Below the pieces are notes generated by a model. It worked only from the letters and a program-made list of their open reading frames with translations, did no database searches and was not told the origin of the DNA. Below, one piece after another: positions 43,101-52,268 of a DNA stretch of 64,000 nt (the first letter of the stretch is position 1; each line of letters opens with the position of its first letter). The DNA lies in contig DBOL01000029.1 in assembly GCA_002299555.1 (NCBI GenBank), forward strand, positions 5,387-69,386, in the 5' to 3' direction. The position numbers were made by a program, and so were the translations under genes. This stretch comes from Candidatus Aminicenantes bacterium UBA647. Lineage in GTDB: Bacteria; Acidobacteriota; Aminicenantia; UBA2199.

Positions 43101-43284
43101 CCGGATAAGGTACGAACACACCTAAAAACGGCGGGCTGAACCCGGAAGGAAAAAGGTCCAGTTTTATTCTTGAATATGCAACAAATCCTATGACAAGTAC
43201 AGCAATTAGTATCATAGAGACCGTAACGGGTCTGTTAAGTGAAAACTTTGGCAATGCTCTTTCTGTAATTTTTTGCTCTGTCAT
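40168..43284 (-). CDS. RND efflux transporter permease (HAE1/AcrB-like), canonical length
   Basis: 1038 aa with 12-TM RND topology and two large periplasmic loops. Second permease of the operon. Confidence 0.9.
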   Translation of the reverse strand: MTEQKITERALPKFSLNRPVTVSMILIAVLVIGFVAYSRIKLDLFPSGFSPPFLGVFVPYPDSNPKEVEEQIVKPLEGELKTVKNLKRIFSNSMSRGVWFWLEFAQGTNMDLAYSQVTDRIERGRSLIPEEIEHIRIRRFRDNDEPIIYMGVSYENNIDDPYYVTDKFIKQAMDGIKGVANVEMFGIREKYIQIIVNSDKIKTYNVNLYQLMQRLMRENFSMSSGYVYMGKKKILLRTTAKFKTLQDIQNIDIKNGIKLSNIADVRYDFDEEQRSMMRVDGKIAAGIVAYKESEANTVEVCLNIVEKLKQQFESRPELKGVDYFIFWDQGKMISDSINNVKTTMMWGGIFAFFILYSFLRKKRITIMLTLAIPLSLLVSMMVIYSIGWTLNGFTMMGLMVSIGLVVDNAIVITENIYRFAGLGYGLRKSAIMGASEVGMAILMATLTTIVVFVPLMVMGGDSGMAFYLTRIGAPVIFALAASLFIALIFIPLASTKSIPQETKIIHATHSKITQGYQNLLVKVLKHRFDFLLIVILIIASQVIPQNNMKKSDSAQGGSRDARLICNFPSDYNLEKVDKTLNYIVDKIMEKEKVYHIDHISTRVRNFHGRIEVYLKPDKNKQWYQVIYSKIKSMLGLTAYTRLTREELTEDIKKNLPVIPGVRIRTSWREQGGGDEGSVSFTLRGYDTSVLETLAEDIEKQVKLVEGVLSVETDTETGNDEIHISVDRDKAYNVGVNPNYVGQLVAFNLRRRKISNFQTPGKEIPIYVKSNPESRNSIAQLKSTFLQTDSGAETFLDSVADFTFHKSQGSIRRENGKSFMELKIYIGDTDMKKLSAKITKILKDYKFPTGYFFEEGGRGRRFQEQDSDLSTALIFSVIFVFLIMGVLFESFVLPLSVLIAIPAAFVGSYWLMYITGTTFEIMAGIGLVVLIGVVVNNAIVFIDLINQYRKSDMQREQAILVAGVNRFRPILMTALTTIFGLLPMAIGNTGLVGIPYAPMGITLIGGLITSTFLTLFAVPIFYTYFDDLGIFFKKFLKRF

Positions 43285-43285
43285 T

Positions 43286-46200
43286 TTATTTACTGAACCT
43301 GTTGTAAACCAGAGGAATAAGTATCAGAGTGAGGAACGTTGCACTTAAAAGTCCTGCAATTATTGATATTGCCATCGGTGTTCTTATCTCTGTCCCTTCT
43401 CCAAGCCCGATCGCCATAGGGAGAAGTCCAAGAACTGTAGTTGAGGTTGTGATCAGGATCGGCCTCAGCCTGATATTCCCGGCCTGTTTAATAGCCTCAA
43501 TCTTTTCAATCCCTCTCTTTCTTAACAGATTTATATAATCAATAAGAACTATTGCATTGTTTACAACTATGCCTACAAGAGTGATCATACCAATATAAAC
43601 TGTTACACCTATCGGAATTTGTAACACATAAAGAGTTATAAAAACTCCGATCAATGCCATCGGTATTGTAAAAAGGATAAGGAAAGGGTGGAGAAATGAT
43701 TCAAATTGTGAAGCCATCACTATGTATACCAGGAAGATTGCAAGTACCATGGCTAGTGTTAAACTGCTTGAAGATGTTTCCATCTCCTGATTCTGTCCCG
43801 ACAACTCATATGTGAAATCCGGAGGCATCTGATATTTTTCAACTTCACTATAAATTCTGCTAGCAGCCTCTGTAAGATTTATATGGGAAATATTTGCAGA
43901 GATGATCGCTGATCTGTCCTGATTTACTCTCCTTATTTCATTTGGGCCGTTGAGTATTTTTACATTTGCTACGCTGCTCAGAATGATTGGGATCTTGTCT
44001 CCCGGATTAATGATCAGGTTCTTAATATTTTCAGCTCTGGTTCTTTGATCATCTTTAAGATATACCCTCACGTCAATTCTTCTATCCCTCTCTTTGTATT
44101 TGGTAGCGACAAATCCCTCGATCTTATTTTTGATAATACTTGCAACATCGAAAGCGTTCATGCCGAAGTGTGCCAGTTTTGCTCTGTCGAACTCAACTAC
44201 AAGTTCAGGGAAACCTGATTTTACACTTGACTCGACATCTTTAAGCCCGTCAATTTCTGATATCCTCTGATAAAGTTCAGAACTTACTCTTCTTAACTCT
44301 TCAAGATTGAACCCTTTGATGATAAGTTCGATCGGAGATTTTATTGTGAAAAGTGCCGGACGTGAAATATTGTAGTTTACATCAGAAAATTCTTTTAGAA
44401 CTGTTCTGATGTCTGCGATGACATGCTCTTCTACAATCTGAATATTTCCGGATTTTACTATATTCACAGTGACCTTTCCGATATGTTCACCAACTTCTTT
44501 TTCGCTGAGCTCATCCTTTGTTGTCCCTGCAAAATAGCTTATTCCTTTTGTCAAGGCTATCTTAGAAATCTGAGAACTGATCTTCTGCAGGATCCTGTCG
44601 CTCTTTTCAACAGGGGTTCCGACCGGGAATGTGAGGTTTACAAATATCGTACCCTGATGAACTTCCGGTATAAGTTCTTTTCCAATATTTGGAAGTATTA
44701 CTAATATTGTGATCAGAAATACTATCAATACGGATGTGATTATCTTTGTGTCATTCTTAAGGGAAAGATCCAAAAGCTTAGGATAATTATTGTTTATAAC
44801 TCCGATAAATTTACCGAAAAATATATTGACTATCCTGATAACCGGTGAAAGCAATGTCATGAAAATGATGAACAGAGCTTTTCCCAGAATTATAAATATA
44901 GCAACAAATGTGAACAGGAAACGCGAGAATAACGCAAGTGTGGAGTTAATAAGGAATCTTATTGTGTAGTAGAGATAGGAAAAGGTCAGATCCCAGAAAA
45001 GCAACTTCAATAATGCAGGTATCACTACCAGAATTTTTTTAAGAAGATTTGACCTGCCAGAGAGAATTTCTGAAAAGTTCTGAAAAGAAGCAGAGCTCCA
45101 TGGAGTTCTATTGTTCATGGTTGTGATAAATGCTGAAAATGGAGTATTGCTGAAATAATTATCCCAGAGCATTTTTTTTCGGGAGAACCTTTCCTCTGTA
45201 AAATTAGAAAAACCGGCGGCAAGTTCTCTGAGCCCTGTTTTAAAGATTTTATCAATTAAGGCTATCAGTGGATATATTATAATTAGAACAAATGATACCA
45301 CCTGTGTAAGAAATACAACTATGAGCTCAAATCCGATCAGTGCCGTGTATGTTATGGTCTGAACAAAGATGTAGAACCAGTTCTTAATATTTTTCTCTGA
45401 TTCAAAGTTAAATTTAAATTTCGGTATAGATACATCCCCCTTTTTTCCGTATTTTCTGGAAGCGAGCATAGGGATAAAAAAAAGTGATACCATAAGAGAT
45501 GCAAGTAGCGAGAATACAACTGCCAGCGATAGATCCCCGAATATCTGCCCTGCGATTCCCTCAACAAAAACAATAGGGAAGAATACGGCAATTGTGGTAA
45601 GAGTTGAAGCTATAACTGCCCCTCCGACCTCGGAAACACCCCTGACTGCAGACTCAGCCCATCCGTCACCCTCTTCTCTGCATCGGAAAATACTCTCCAT
45701 TACAACAATAGAGTTATCCACCAGCATTCCTATCCCCAAAGCAAGACCACCAAGTGACATTATGTTCAGGCTGACATCAAAGAAACTTAAAGGGGCAAAA
45801 GTAGCAATGATCGAAAGTGGTATTGATACAGCAACTATTAAAGTTGTAGAAAAATTTTGCAGGAATAGGTAGAGTATAATAATTGCAAATATTCCTCCCA
45901 ATACGGCAGTATTTCTCACTTCGTTGATTGAATTTTCGATAAAGATAGATTGATCGGTTAAAATATTATATGAAATATCTTCGGGAAGTCTGTGTGAAAG
46001 GAATGCTGTCATTTCCTTTTCTCTTATTTTTTCTCTGAAGGATTTTTTACCTCCGGTTTTCTGATTTTTCAGACTTTTCACAAACTCACGCTGTTCAGGT
46101 GTCCCGAACAGTTTATCCTTAACCATCTGACTGACTGCAACTATATTTGAATCAGCTTCTTTGAATATGTTAATTTCAATACTTTCTCTTTTGTTTACTC

Positions 46201-47017
46201 TTGTAATAACTTTTCGTTCCTTATGGCTGTACGATATCTCCGCAATATCTTTTAATCTGACAGCAATATCACCCTTTTTTGTGATAATTATATTCTCTAT
46301 TTCACGCATAGATCGGAATTCATTCAGAGTTCTGACAATATACTCGGTCTCTCCCTCTTTAATATTCCCACCGGCGAGGTTGACATTTTCCTGAGTAAGA
46401 CGTCTCGTCACATCATTAAAGGCTATCTGGGTCATTGCAAGTCTCTCTTCATCGAGTTTTACAAGAATTTCCTTTTCAAGCCCTCCTTTTACTCTGGCAG
46501 CCGCTACTCCCGGAATTGATTCGAGTTCGCGGGCAATTTCATCCTCAACCAGCTCTCTGAGGTCGATCAGTGGGATATCACTGACTATTCCTATCCTCAG
46601 GATAGGGTCAAGCGATGGATCATAACGGAGTATCATCGGTCTTTCGACTGCTCGGTCTAGATAGGTCTGATCGATCTTTTCCCTGATCTCCTGAGCTGCA
46701 CGATCAAGGTTCACATCCCATGTAAACTCAAGAATGATATCTGATTGTTCCGGTCGTGATACAGATGTTAGTGAAATAAGGTTCTTTATAAGCCCTAATT
46801 GTTCTTCGAGTGGCCTTGAAACTATGTTCTCTACCTCTTCAGGTGCAGCTCCCGGATATTCAGTTCTGATCGTAAATGTCGGATAGGATATCTCCGGCAT
46901 CAGATCCCAACTTAATCTCTTTAGACTTACAAAACCGAAAACAGCAATGCCGAGTGCGATCATGATTATTGCAACCGGCTTTTTTATTGTAAACTCAAAT
47001 CTGGATTTATCTTTCAT
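43286..47017 (-). CDS. RND efflux transporter permease with a ~200-aa multi-helix insertion between TM6 and TM7
   Basis: 1243 aa. It aligns to the neighbouring RND permease except for a ~205-aa hydrophobic insertion (about nt 44790-45460) that contains ~4 extra predicted TM helices. Confidence 0.9.
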   Translation of the reverse strand: MKDKSRFEFTIKKPVAIIMIALGIAVFGFVSLKRLSWDLMPEISYPTFTIRTEYPGAAPEEVENIVSRPLEEQLGLIKNLISLTSVSRPEQSDIILEFTWDVNLDRAAQEIREKIDQTYLDRAVERPMILRYDPSLDPILRIGIVSDIPLIDLRELVEDEIARELESIPGVAAARVKGGLEKEILVKLDEERLAMTQIAFNDVTRRLTQENVNLAGGNIKEGETEYIVRTLNEFRSMREIENIIITKKGDIAVRLKDIAEISYSHKERKVITRVNKRESIEINIFKEADSNIVAVSQMVKDKLFGTPEQREFVKSLKNQKTGGKKSFREKIREKEMTAFLSHRLPEDISYNILTDQSIFIENSINEVRNTAVLGGIFAIIILYLFLQNFSTTLIVAVSIPLSIIATFAPLSFFDVSLNIMSLGGLALGIGMLVDNSIVVMESIFRCREEGDGWAESAVRGVSEVGGAVIASTLTTIAVFFPIVFVEGIAGQIFGDLSLAVVFSLLASLMVSLFFIPMLASRKYGKKGDVSIPKFKFNFESEKNIKNWFYIFVQTITYTALIGFELIVVFLTQVVSFVLIIIYPLIALIDKIFKTGLRELAAGFSNFTEERFSRKKMLWDNYFSNTPFSAFITTMNNRTPWSSASFQNFSEILSGRSNLLKKILVVIPALLKLLFWDLTFSYLYYTIRFLINSTLALFSRFLFTFVAIFIILGKALFIIFMTLLSPVIRIVNIFFGKFIGVINNNYPKLLDLSLKNDTKIITSVLIVFLITILVILPNIGKELIPEVHQGTIFVNLTFPVGTPVEKSDRILQKISSQISKIALTKGISYFAGTTKDELSEKEVGEHIGKVTVNIVKSGNIQIVEEHVIADIRTVLKEFSDVNYNISRPALFTIKSPIELIIKGFNLEELRRVSSELYQRISEIDGLKDVESSVKSGFPELVVEFDRAKLAHFGMNAFDVASIIKNKIEGFVATKYKERDRRIDVRVYLKDDQRTRAENIKNLIINPGDKIPIILSSVANVKILNGPNEIRRVNQDRSAIISANISHINLTEAASRIYSEVEKYQMPPDFTYELSGQNQEMETSSSSLTLAMVLAIFLVYIVMASQFESFLHPFLILFTIPMALIGVFITLYVLQIPIGVTVYIGMITLVGIVVNNAIVLIDYINLLRKRGIEKIEAIKQAGNIRLRPILITTSTTVLGLLPMAIGLGEGTEIRTPMAISIIAGLLSATFLTLILIPLVYNRFSK

Positions 47018-47031
47018 GTTTTAACCTGTTA

Positions 47032-48138
47032 TTAAATTATTGGTTTGATTATCTTAACTTTTGATTCATTCTTTAAAGAGCTCTTTCCTGCAGAAACAAG
47101 CTTATCTGCAATGTCAATTCCTTTTGTGATCTCAACCTTGCTTCCGTCGTCAAATCCAATCTTGACCTCTTTTTTGGAAGCTATATTTTTATCATTTATC
47201 AGAAAGACGAAAACTCTTTCTCCCTCGAACATCAGAACATCTTTTGTAACAAGAATAACATTTTTGTGGACCTTCTTGATTATCTTTACATTTACGAATT
47301 GTCCGATAACCATTACATTGTTACCATCCTTAACTTCAATTGTTGTCTTAAAAGTACCAGAGTCAGGATCTATTGCAGGCGATATTCTTTTAATATAGCC
47401 GTTAAGAACTTTCTTCCCTGATGAGATTATTACTTTCTGATCAAGGAAGATCTGATCTTTTTCCTGCTCCGGGATATTTACAACAGCGATCTTTTCTTTT
47501 GTATAAACAACAGAAAAGGCTAATTCGTTCGTATTTATTTTGTTTCCGGTTTTAATGTATCTCTTTGAAACAAGACCTGATATTGGAGATGTGATCTTTG
47601 TATAAGATAAAAGGAGTTTGTTCTGTTCCCAGTCAAGGCGGCTCTGTTCCATACTGAATTTCAATTTTTCATATTCCTCCTTGCTGATCAGTTCTTTTTC
47701 AAATATTTCTTTTTGTCTTTCAAATTCTGCTTTCTGCTGCTTAAAAGTGATTTCTGCTTTTCTTTCGTTAATAGAAGCAGCTCTGTCGTCAAGAAAGGCA
47801 AGGACGGTTCCCCTGCTTACTCTATCACCCTCATCGCGAACAATATTCTCAATAATACCGGATGTCATGGGGTAAATGTCTACCATTTTATCTGTATCGA
47901 TATTACTTGAAAAGAGGAGGAATGAGTTAATATCGCCGCGTTCAGGAGATTTTACTGATACGGGAATCGTGTCTGTCTCATCCTTGTTATCTTTCCCTTT
48001 TTTCTCTTTTCCCTTTTCTACTTCTGTTTTTTCCTGGTCTTTATTCTTAGTGTCGCCCTTTTTTGAATCATTTCCAGAACAACCCGTAAAATAAATCAAT
48101 GTAAAAATAATTGCTAAAATCAGATAAACTTTCTTCAT
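47032..48138 (-). CDS. RND efflux periplasmic adaptor (membrane fusion protein) lipoprotein
   Basis: 368 aa with signal peptide plus lipobox (FTGCSG), a coiled-coil hairpin and biotinyl-like/beta-barrel domains typical of HlyD/AcrA adaptors. First gene of the efflux operon. Confidence 0.75.
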   Translation of the reverse strand: MKKVYLILAIIFTLIYFTGCSGNDSKKGDTKNKDQEKTEVEKGKEKKGKDNKDETDTIPVSVKSPERGDINSFLLFSSNIDTDKMVDIYPMTSGIIENIVRDEGDRVSRGTVLAFLDDRAASINERKAEITFKQQKAEFERQKEIFEKELISKEEYEKLKFSMEQSRLDWEQNKLLLSYTKITSPISGLVSKRYIKTGNKINTNELAFSVVYTKEKIAVVNIPEQEKDQIFLDQKVIISSGKKVLNGYIKRISPAIDPDSGTFKTTIEVKDGNNVMVIGQFVNVKIIKKVHKNVILVTKDVLMFEGERVFVFLINDKNIASKKEVKIGFDDGSKVEITKGIDIADKLVSAGKSSLKNESKVKIIKPII

Positions 48139-48340
48139 AGCCTGACTCCTTAACGAAATACAATCTTGTTAAATATAACTTATTATAGTGTTTATAACGT
48201 ATTTTTTAGTTAAAAGTTTCCGTTTAATGGAAAAACCATACAGGCAAATTCATTTGTCTTTATGATTTATAATTGAGGCAAAGGTTTTTTAAACTTGAGG
48301 TTTGTATTATAATCTCGATAAGTTTGTTGAGGAGGAAGAA

Positions 48341-49306
48341 TTGGTAAGTCCATATTTTAAAAAAACTGTTTTATTGTTAGCCGCAATGTTACTCTTGTCA
48401 GGTTGTTCAATAAATAAATTTGCAATGAACAAGGTGGCAGACATGCTTGCAGGTGGCAGCACCGGGAGTGTCTTTACCAGCGACAATGATCCTGAATTTG
48501 TAGGGGACGCACTGCCTTTTGCTATCAAAATGTATGAAAGCCTTATGAGATCTGTTCCGGGGCATTCGGGATTGACCGTTACGACTGGAAGCCTTTATAT
48601 AATGTATGCAAATGCATTTCTATATACTCCGGCATCAATGATGAAGGATGAGATGTATCAGGAAAAGGAAATCCTGATGAGCAGAGCTAAAAATCTGTAT
48701 TTGAGGGGCAGGGATATATTGCTTGATAGCCTCGAGAGAAGACATTCCGGATTTGTGGAGCTCCTGGATAAAAAAGAATTTGAAAAAATTCTGATAATAA
48801 TGAAAAAAGATGATGCCCCTTTTCTGTATTGGGCCGCAGCCGGGTGGGTTGGAGCTTTCTCTATTGATCCTTTTGATATGGACATTGGTATAACTCTTCC
48901 CAGGGCTGCAGGACTTATGGATATGGTGTTGAAACTTGATCCGGAATTTGAAAAAAGTTCAATTCATGATTTTTATGTATCTTATTATGGTTCACTTCCG
49001 GAATATATGGGAGGAAGTAATAAAAAGGCAAGAGAAAATTTCAGAAAAGCTGTGGAATACTCAGATGGAAAACTGATATCCCCTTTTGTTTCTCTTGCTA
49101 CGTCTGTTTCGATCAACACTCAAAATTTTAAAGAATTCAGGGAACTTTTAGGTAAAGCCGTTGCCTTCAATGTTGATCTGAACCCCGAAAACCGATTAGT
49201 GAATATTATAAATAAACGTAAAGCAAAGTGGTATCTTGAGAACGAGGAGGACTTTTTTCTCGTAACAGATAAAGAAACCTCTGAAGATATTGAGGAGGAG
49301 GAATAA
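48341..49306 (+). CDS. TatT-like TPR lipoprotein (TRAP-transporter-associated)
   Basis: Lipoprotein signal (LLLAAMLLLSGCS), then a helical TPR-like body resembling the TatT component of TPR-protein-associated TRAP transporters. Start is taken at TTG 48341, after a GGAGGA RBS at 48331-48336, rather than the ORF-track ATG at 48302. Confidence 0.55.
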   Translation: MVSPYFKKTVLLLAAMLLLSGCSINKFAMNKVADMLAGGSTGSVFTSDNDPEFVGDALPFAIKMYESLMRSVPGHSGLTVTTGSLYIMYANAFLYTPASMMKDEMYQEKEILMSRAKNLYLRGRDILLDSLERRHSGFVELLDKKEFEKILIIMKKDDAPFLYWAAAGWVGAFSIDPFDMDIGITLPRAAGLMDMVLKLDPEFEKSSIHDFYVSYYGSLPEYMGGSNKKARENFRKAVEYSDGKLISPFVSLATSVSINTQNFKEFRELLGKAVAFNVDLNPENRLVNIINKRKAKWYLENEEDFFLVTDKETSEDIEEEE

Positions 49307-50309
49307 AATGAAGAATAAAAATATTTTTATACTGATCATTCTGTTGATTCTGGCACAGCCATTAATTTCAGTAACGATAAAGATAGGAAGTATAGCCCCG
49401 GCAAACTCTCCCTGGGATAAGGCTCTAAGAGAGTTAGGTCGCGAATGGAAAGCAATGTCTGACGGAAAAGTAAATCTAAAGATATATCCCGGGGGAATTG
49501 CCGGGAACGAAGAAGATATGATAAGAAAAATGAAGGTTGGCACACTGGGTGGCGCTGTTTTCACAAACAGAGGGCTTACAAAGATCTATTCTGAATTCTA
49601 TGTACTTAACATTCCATTCAATTTTAATTCTGAAAAGGAATTCCAGTATGTCACAAACAAGATGAATCCACTTTTCGAAGAGAGGATAGAGAAAAAAGGG
49701 TATAAAGTTATAATCTGGTCAATGGCGGGTTGGATACATTTTTTCTCAAAAAACAAGATCGAATATCCGAAAGATCTGAAAAAACATAAATTGTCCTTTA
49801 CAACAGGAGAACCGGAACTTGAACAGGTTTGGAAAAAGTCCGGTTATCAGGTGATCCCGAATGACATGAACGATCTTATGATGGGGCTTCAAAGCGGGAT
49901 GGTGAATGCTTTTTATCTCCCACCGCTGATTGCCGCATCGGGACAATATTTCCCTCTTGCCCCTCATATGCTGACATTAAAGATCGCTCCAATATACGGC
50001 GGGATCGTTATATCAGGCAGAATGTGGAAAAAAGTTCCTGAAAAATTCAGGGATGACTTCATGAAGAAAGCCAAAGAGATCTCGGCAAAACTTCAGAAAA
50101 AAACCAAATCACTGGAGGCTGAAGCTGTTGAAACAATGAAAAAGCATGGTTTGAAGGTCCATCCCGTTCCGGAAGGGAGCATGGACAAATGGAGAGCTGC
50201 TTCTGAAAAAGGGTTAGACTCACTGATAAACAAAGTTTTTTCTCAGGCGATCTATGACAAAATGATGGGATATTTAAATCAATACAGACAAAAGAAAAAT
50301 GTTGAATAA
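49290..50309 (+). CDS. TRAP transporter substrate-binding protein (DctP family)
   Basis: 339 aa with a signal peptide; IKIGSIAPANSPWDKA... and overall length fit DctP-type solute-binding proteins. Confidence 0.75.
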   Translation: MRRRNKMKNKNIFILIILLILAQPLISVTIKIGSIAPANSPWDKALRELGREWKAMSDGKVNLKIYPGGIAGNEEDMIRKMKVGTLGGAVFTNRGLTKIYSEFYVLNIPFNFNSEKEFQYVTNKMNPLFEERIEKKGYKVIIWSMAGWIHFFSKNKIEYPKDLKKHKLSFTTGEPELEQVWKKSGYQVIPNDMNDLMMGLQSGMVNAFYLPPLIAASGQYFPLAPHMLTLKIAPIYGGIVISGRMWKKVPEKFRDDFMKKAKEISAKLQKKTKSLEAEAVETMKKHGLKVHPVPEGSMDKWRAASEKGLDSLINKVFSQAIYDKMMGYLNQYRQKKNVE

Positions 50310-52158
50310 AATAATTGTCGGGTTCAGGAGGAGTGAAAACTTCCTTGCTTACCTGTCATTATTCCTTCTTGCATTTCTACCTTTTTCCGAAGTAATAATC
50401 CGAAAGTTTTTTCACTCGGGGATCGAGGGGCTTTACGATTATACGCACCATCTTGTTCTTTTTGTGACATTTATCGGGGGGATGATAACTTCCAGAGACG
50501 GGAAACATCTTTCACTTTCACTTAATATCAATATAAATGAGCCATATAGCACCCGCGTTAAGATTGTGGTTGCAATTGTATCTTCTGCTATCTCGACTGC
50601 TCTTGCATGGACCTCGCTATCATTCTCATTTACTGCTTTTGACAGTACTCAGCGGATTGGTTTTATATCATTGAGATTGATCTCCCTGATAATGTTTGCA
50701 GGTTTTATGGTTATGGCAACCCGTGTACTGCCGGAGCAGCTAAAAAAAGGAAAACGTCTTTATGTCGTTTTTTCAGGCCTTCTGGCAGGAACGATCTTGT
50801 CCCTAGGGCAGATTTCAAATTTCTTCCAGGCAATATTGAGCGAATCTCCGGAATTTCTTAATGCGGTCTCAGACTTTTCTCAAAGCCTGGGTGCATCATT
50901 GTCTTTGCCTCTGATCCTTTCTTTGCTCATTCTTGCTGTATTTGGACTCCCTATATATATCATAATCGGAGGGATCGGATATCTTTTGTTCGCAGGAGTC
51001 GGGGAACCCCTGGAGATTATTTCAAACGAGGCTTATACAATGCTTATAAGCGCTTCTATTCCGGCGATCCCCTTATTTACCCTTACCGGATTTATACTTT
51101 CTGAAAGCAAGGCCGGCGAAAGGCTTGTAAATCTTTTCAGGGCATTGTTTTCCTGGATTCCGGGAGGGCTTGCTGTCATGGCCATCCTTGTAAGTGGATT
51201 TTTTACAACATTTACAGGAGCTTCGGGAGTGACAATTCTGGCATTGGGGGCACTTTTATCTTATGTTCTGGTCAAGGGGAAATATAAAAAAGATTTCAGT
51301 GTTGGATTACTCACAGCTTCAGGAAGTATCGGACTCCTTTTTCCACCGAGTTTGCCCATTATTATTTATGGTGTTACTGCCCAGGTGAGCATAAAAGATA
51401 TGTTTGTAGGGGGAATAATACCGGGTTTGCTTATGATAACAGCCATAGCACTCTACAGCATTTATTATGCAAAAAAACATAATGTTGAAAAGGAGCCCTT
51501 CGATTTCAAAGAGGCGATAAGAGCATTTAAGGAATCTATTTGGGAGATCCTTTTACCATTCATAATACTGACATCATATTTTGGAGGATTGACCACTCTT
51601 GTAGAGAGTGCCGGGATAGCAGTTATTTATTCATTGGTTGTCGAAGTGTTCATCAAGAAGGACCTCAAGATCAGGGATCTGTCAAATGTTGCGCTTAAGT
51701 CCATCCCCATAATTGGAGGAGTTCTTATAATTCTTGCTTGTGCAAAAGGACTTTCATATTTTATTGTAGATGCAGAGATCCCAATGAAGCTCACTGAGTG
51801 GGTTACACAAAACATATCTTCAAAGTACGTTTTCCTGTTAATGCTGAACCTTGCATTGCTTGTAACAGGCATGTTCATGGATATCTTTTCAGCAATAATG
51901 GTGGTTGTCCCGCTGATCATCCCGTTAGGAAATCTATTTGGAATACATCCCGTACATCTTGGAATTATTTTTCTTGCAAATATGGAACTGGGGTATCTTA
52001 CTCCTCCTATAGGTCTGAATTTATTTCTATCATCATATAGATTTGAGGAGCCGGTGGCCAGGATATATAAATATGTTATTCCTTTCTTTATTATTCAGAT
52101 AATTGCAGTTTTGTTAATAACATATTTGCCTTTTATTTCAACTTTCCTGCTGGGATAG
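50299..52158 (+). CDS. TRAP transporter fused small+large permease (DctQ-DctM)
   Basis: 619 aa. N-terminal ~170 aa 4-TM DctQ-like module fused to a 12-TM DctM-like module. Confidence 0.85.
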   Translation: MLNKIIVGFRRSENFLAYLSLFLLAFLPFSEVIIRKFFHSGIEGLYDYTHHLVLFVTFIGGMITSRDGKHLSLSLNININEPYSTRVKIVVAIVSSAISTALAWTSLSFSFTAFDSTQRIGFISLRLISLIMFAGFMVMATRVLPEQLKKGKRLYVVFSGLLAGTILSLGQISNFFQAILSESPEFLNAVSDFSQSLGASLSLPLILSLLILAVFGLPIYIIIGGIGYLLFAGVGEPLEIISNEAYTMLISASIPAIPLFTLTGFILSESKAGERLVNLFRALFSWIPGGLAVMAILVSGFFTTFTGASGVTILALGALLSYVLVKGKYKKDFSVGLLTASGSIGLLFPPSLPIIIYGVTAQVSIKDMFVGGIIPGLLMITAIALYSIYYAKKHNVEKEPFDFKEAIRAFKESIWEILLPFIILTSYFGGLTTLVESAGIAVIYSLVVEVFIKKDLKIRDLSNVALKSIPIIGGVLIILACAKGLSYFIVDAEIPMKLTEWVTQNISSKYVFLLMLNLALLVTGMFMDIFSAIMVVVPLIIPLGNLFGIHPVHLGIIFLANMELGYLTPPIGLNLFLSSYRFEEPVARIYKYVIPFFIIQIIAVLLITYLPFISTFLLG

Positions 52159-52268
52159 GGGTATATGAAGGGTTGTTCACCCCTTTAGGGGTCGGGGGCC
52201 AGATGTGGAAAACTTGTCCATATAGCATGGGATTATATATGCTATAATTGTCCCCATTGGAGAATATA

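Noticed and set aside
48302-48340. ATG at 48302 as the start of the TatT-like lipoprotein
   Set aside because: It would place 13 charged residues (MYYNLDKFVEEEE...) ahead of the signal peptide. The in-frame TTG at 48341, preceded by GGAGGA, gives a normal lipoprotein signal sequence.
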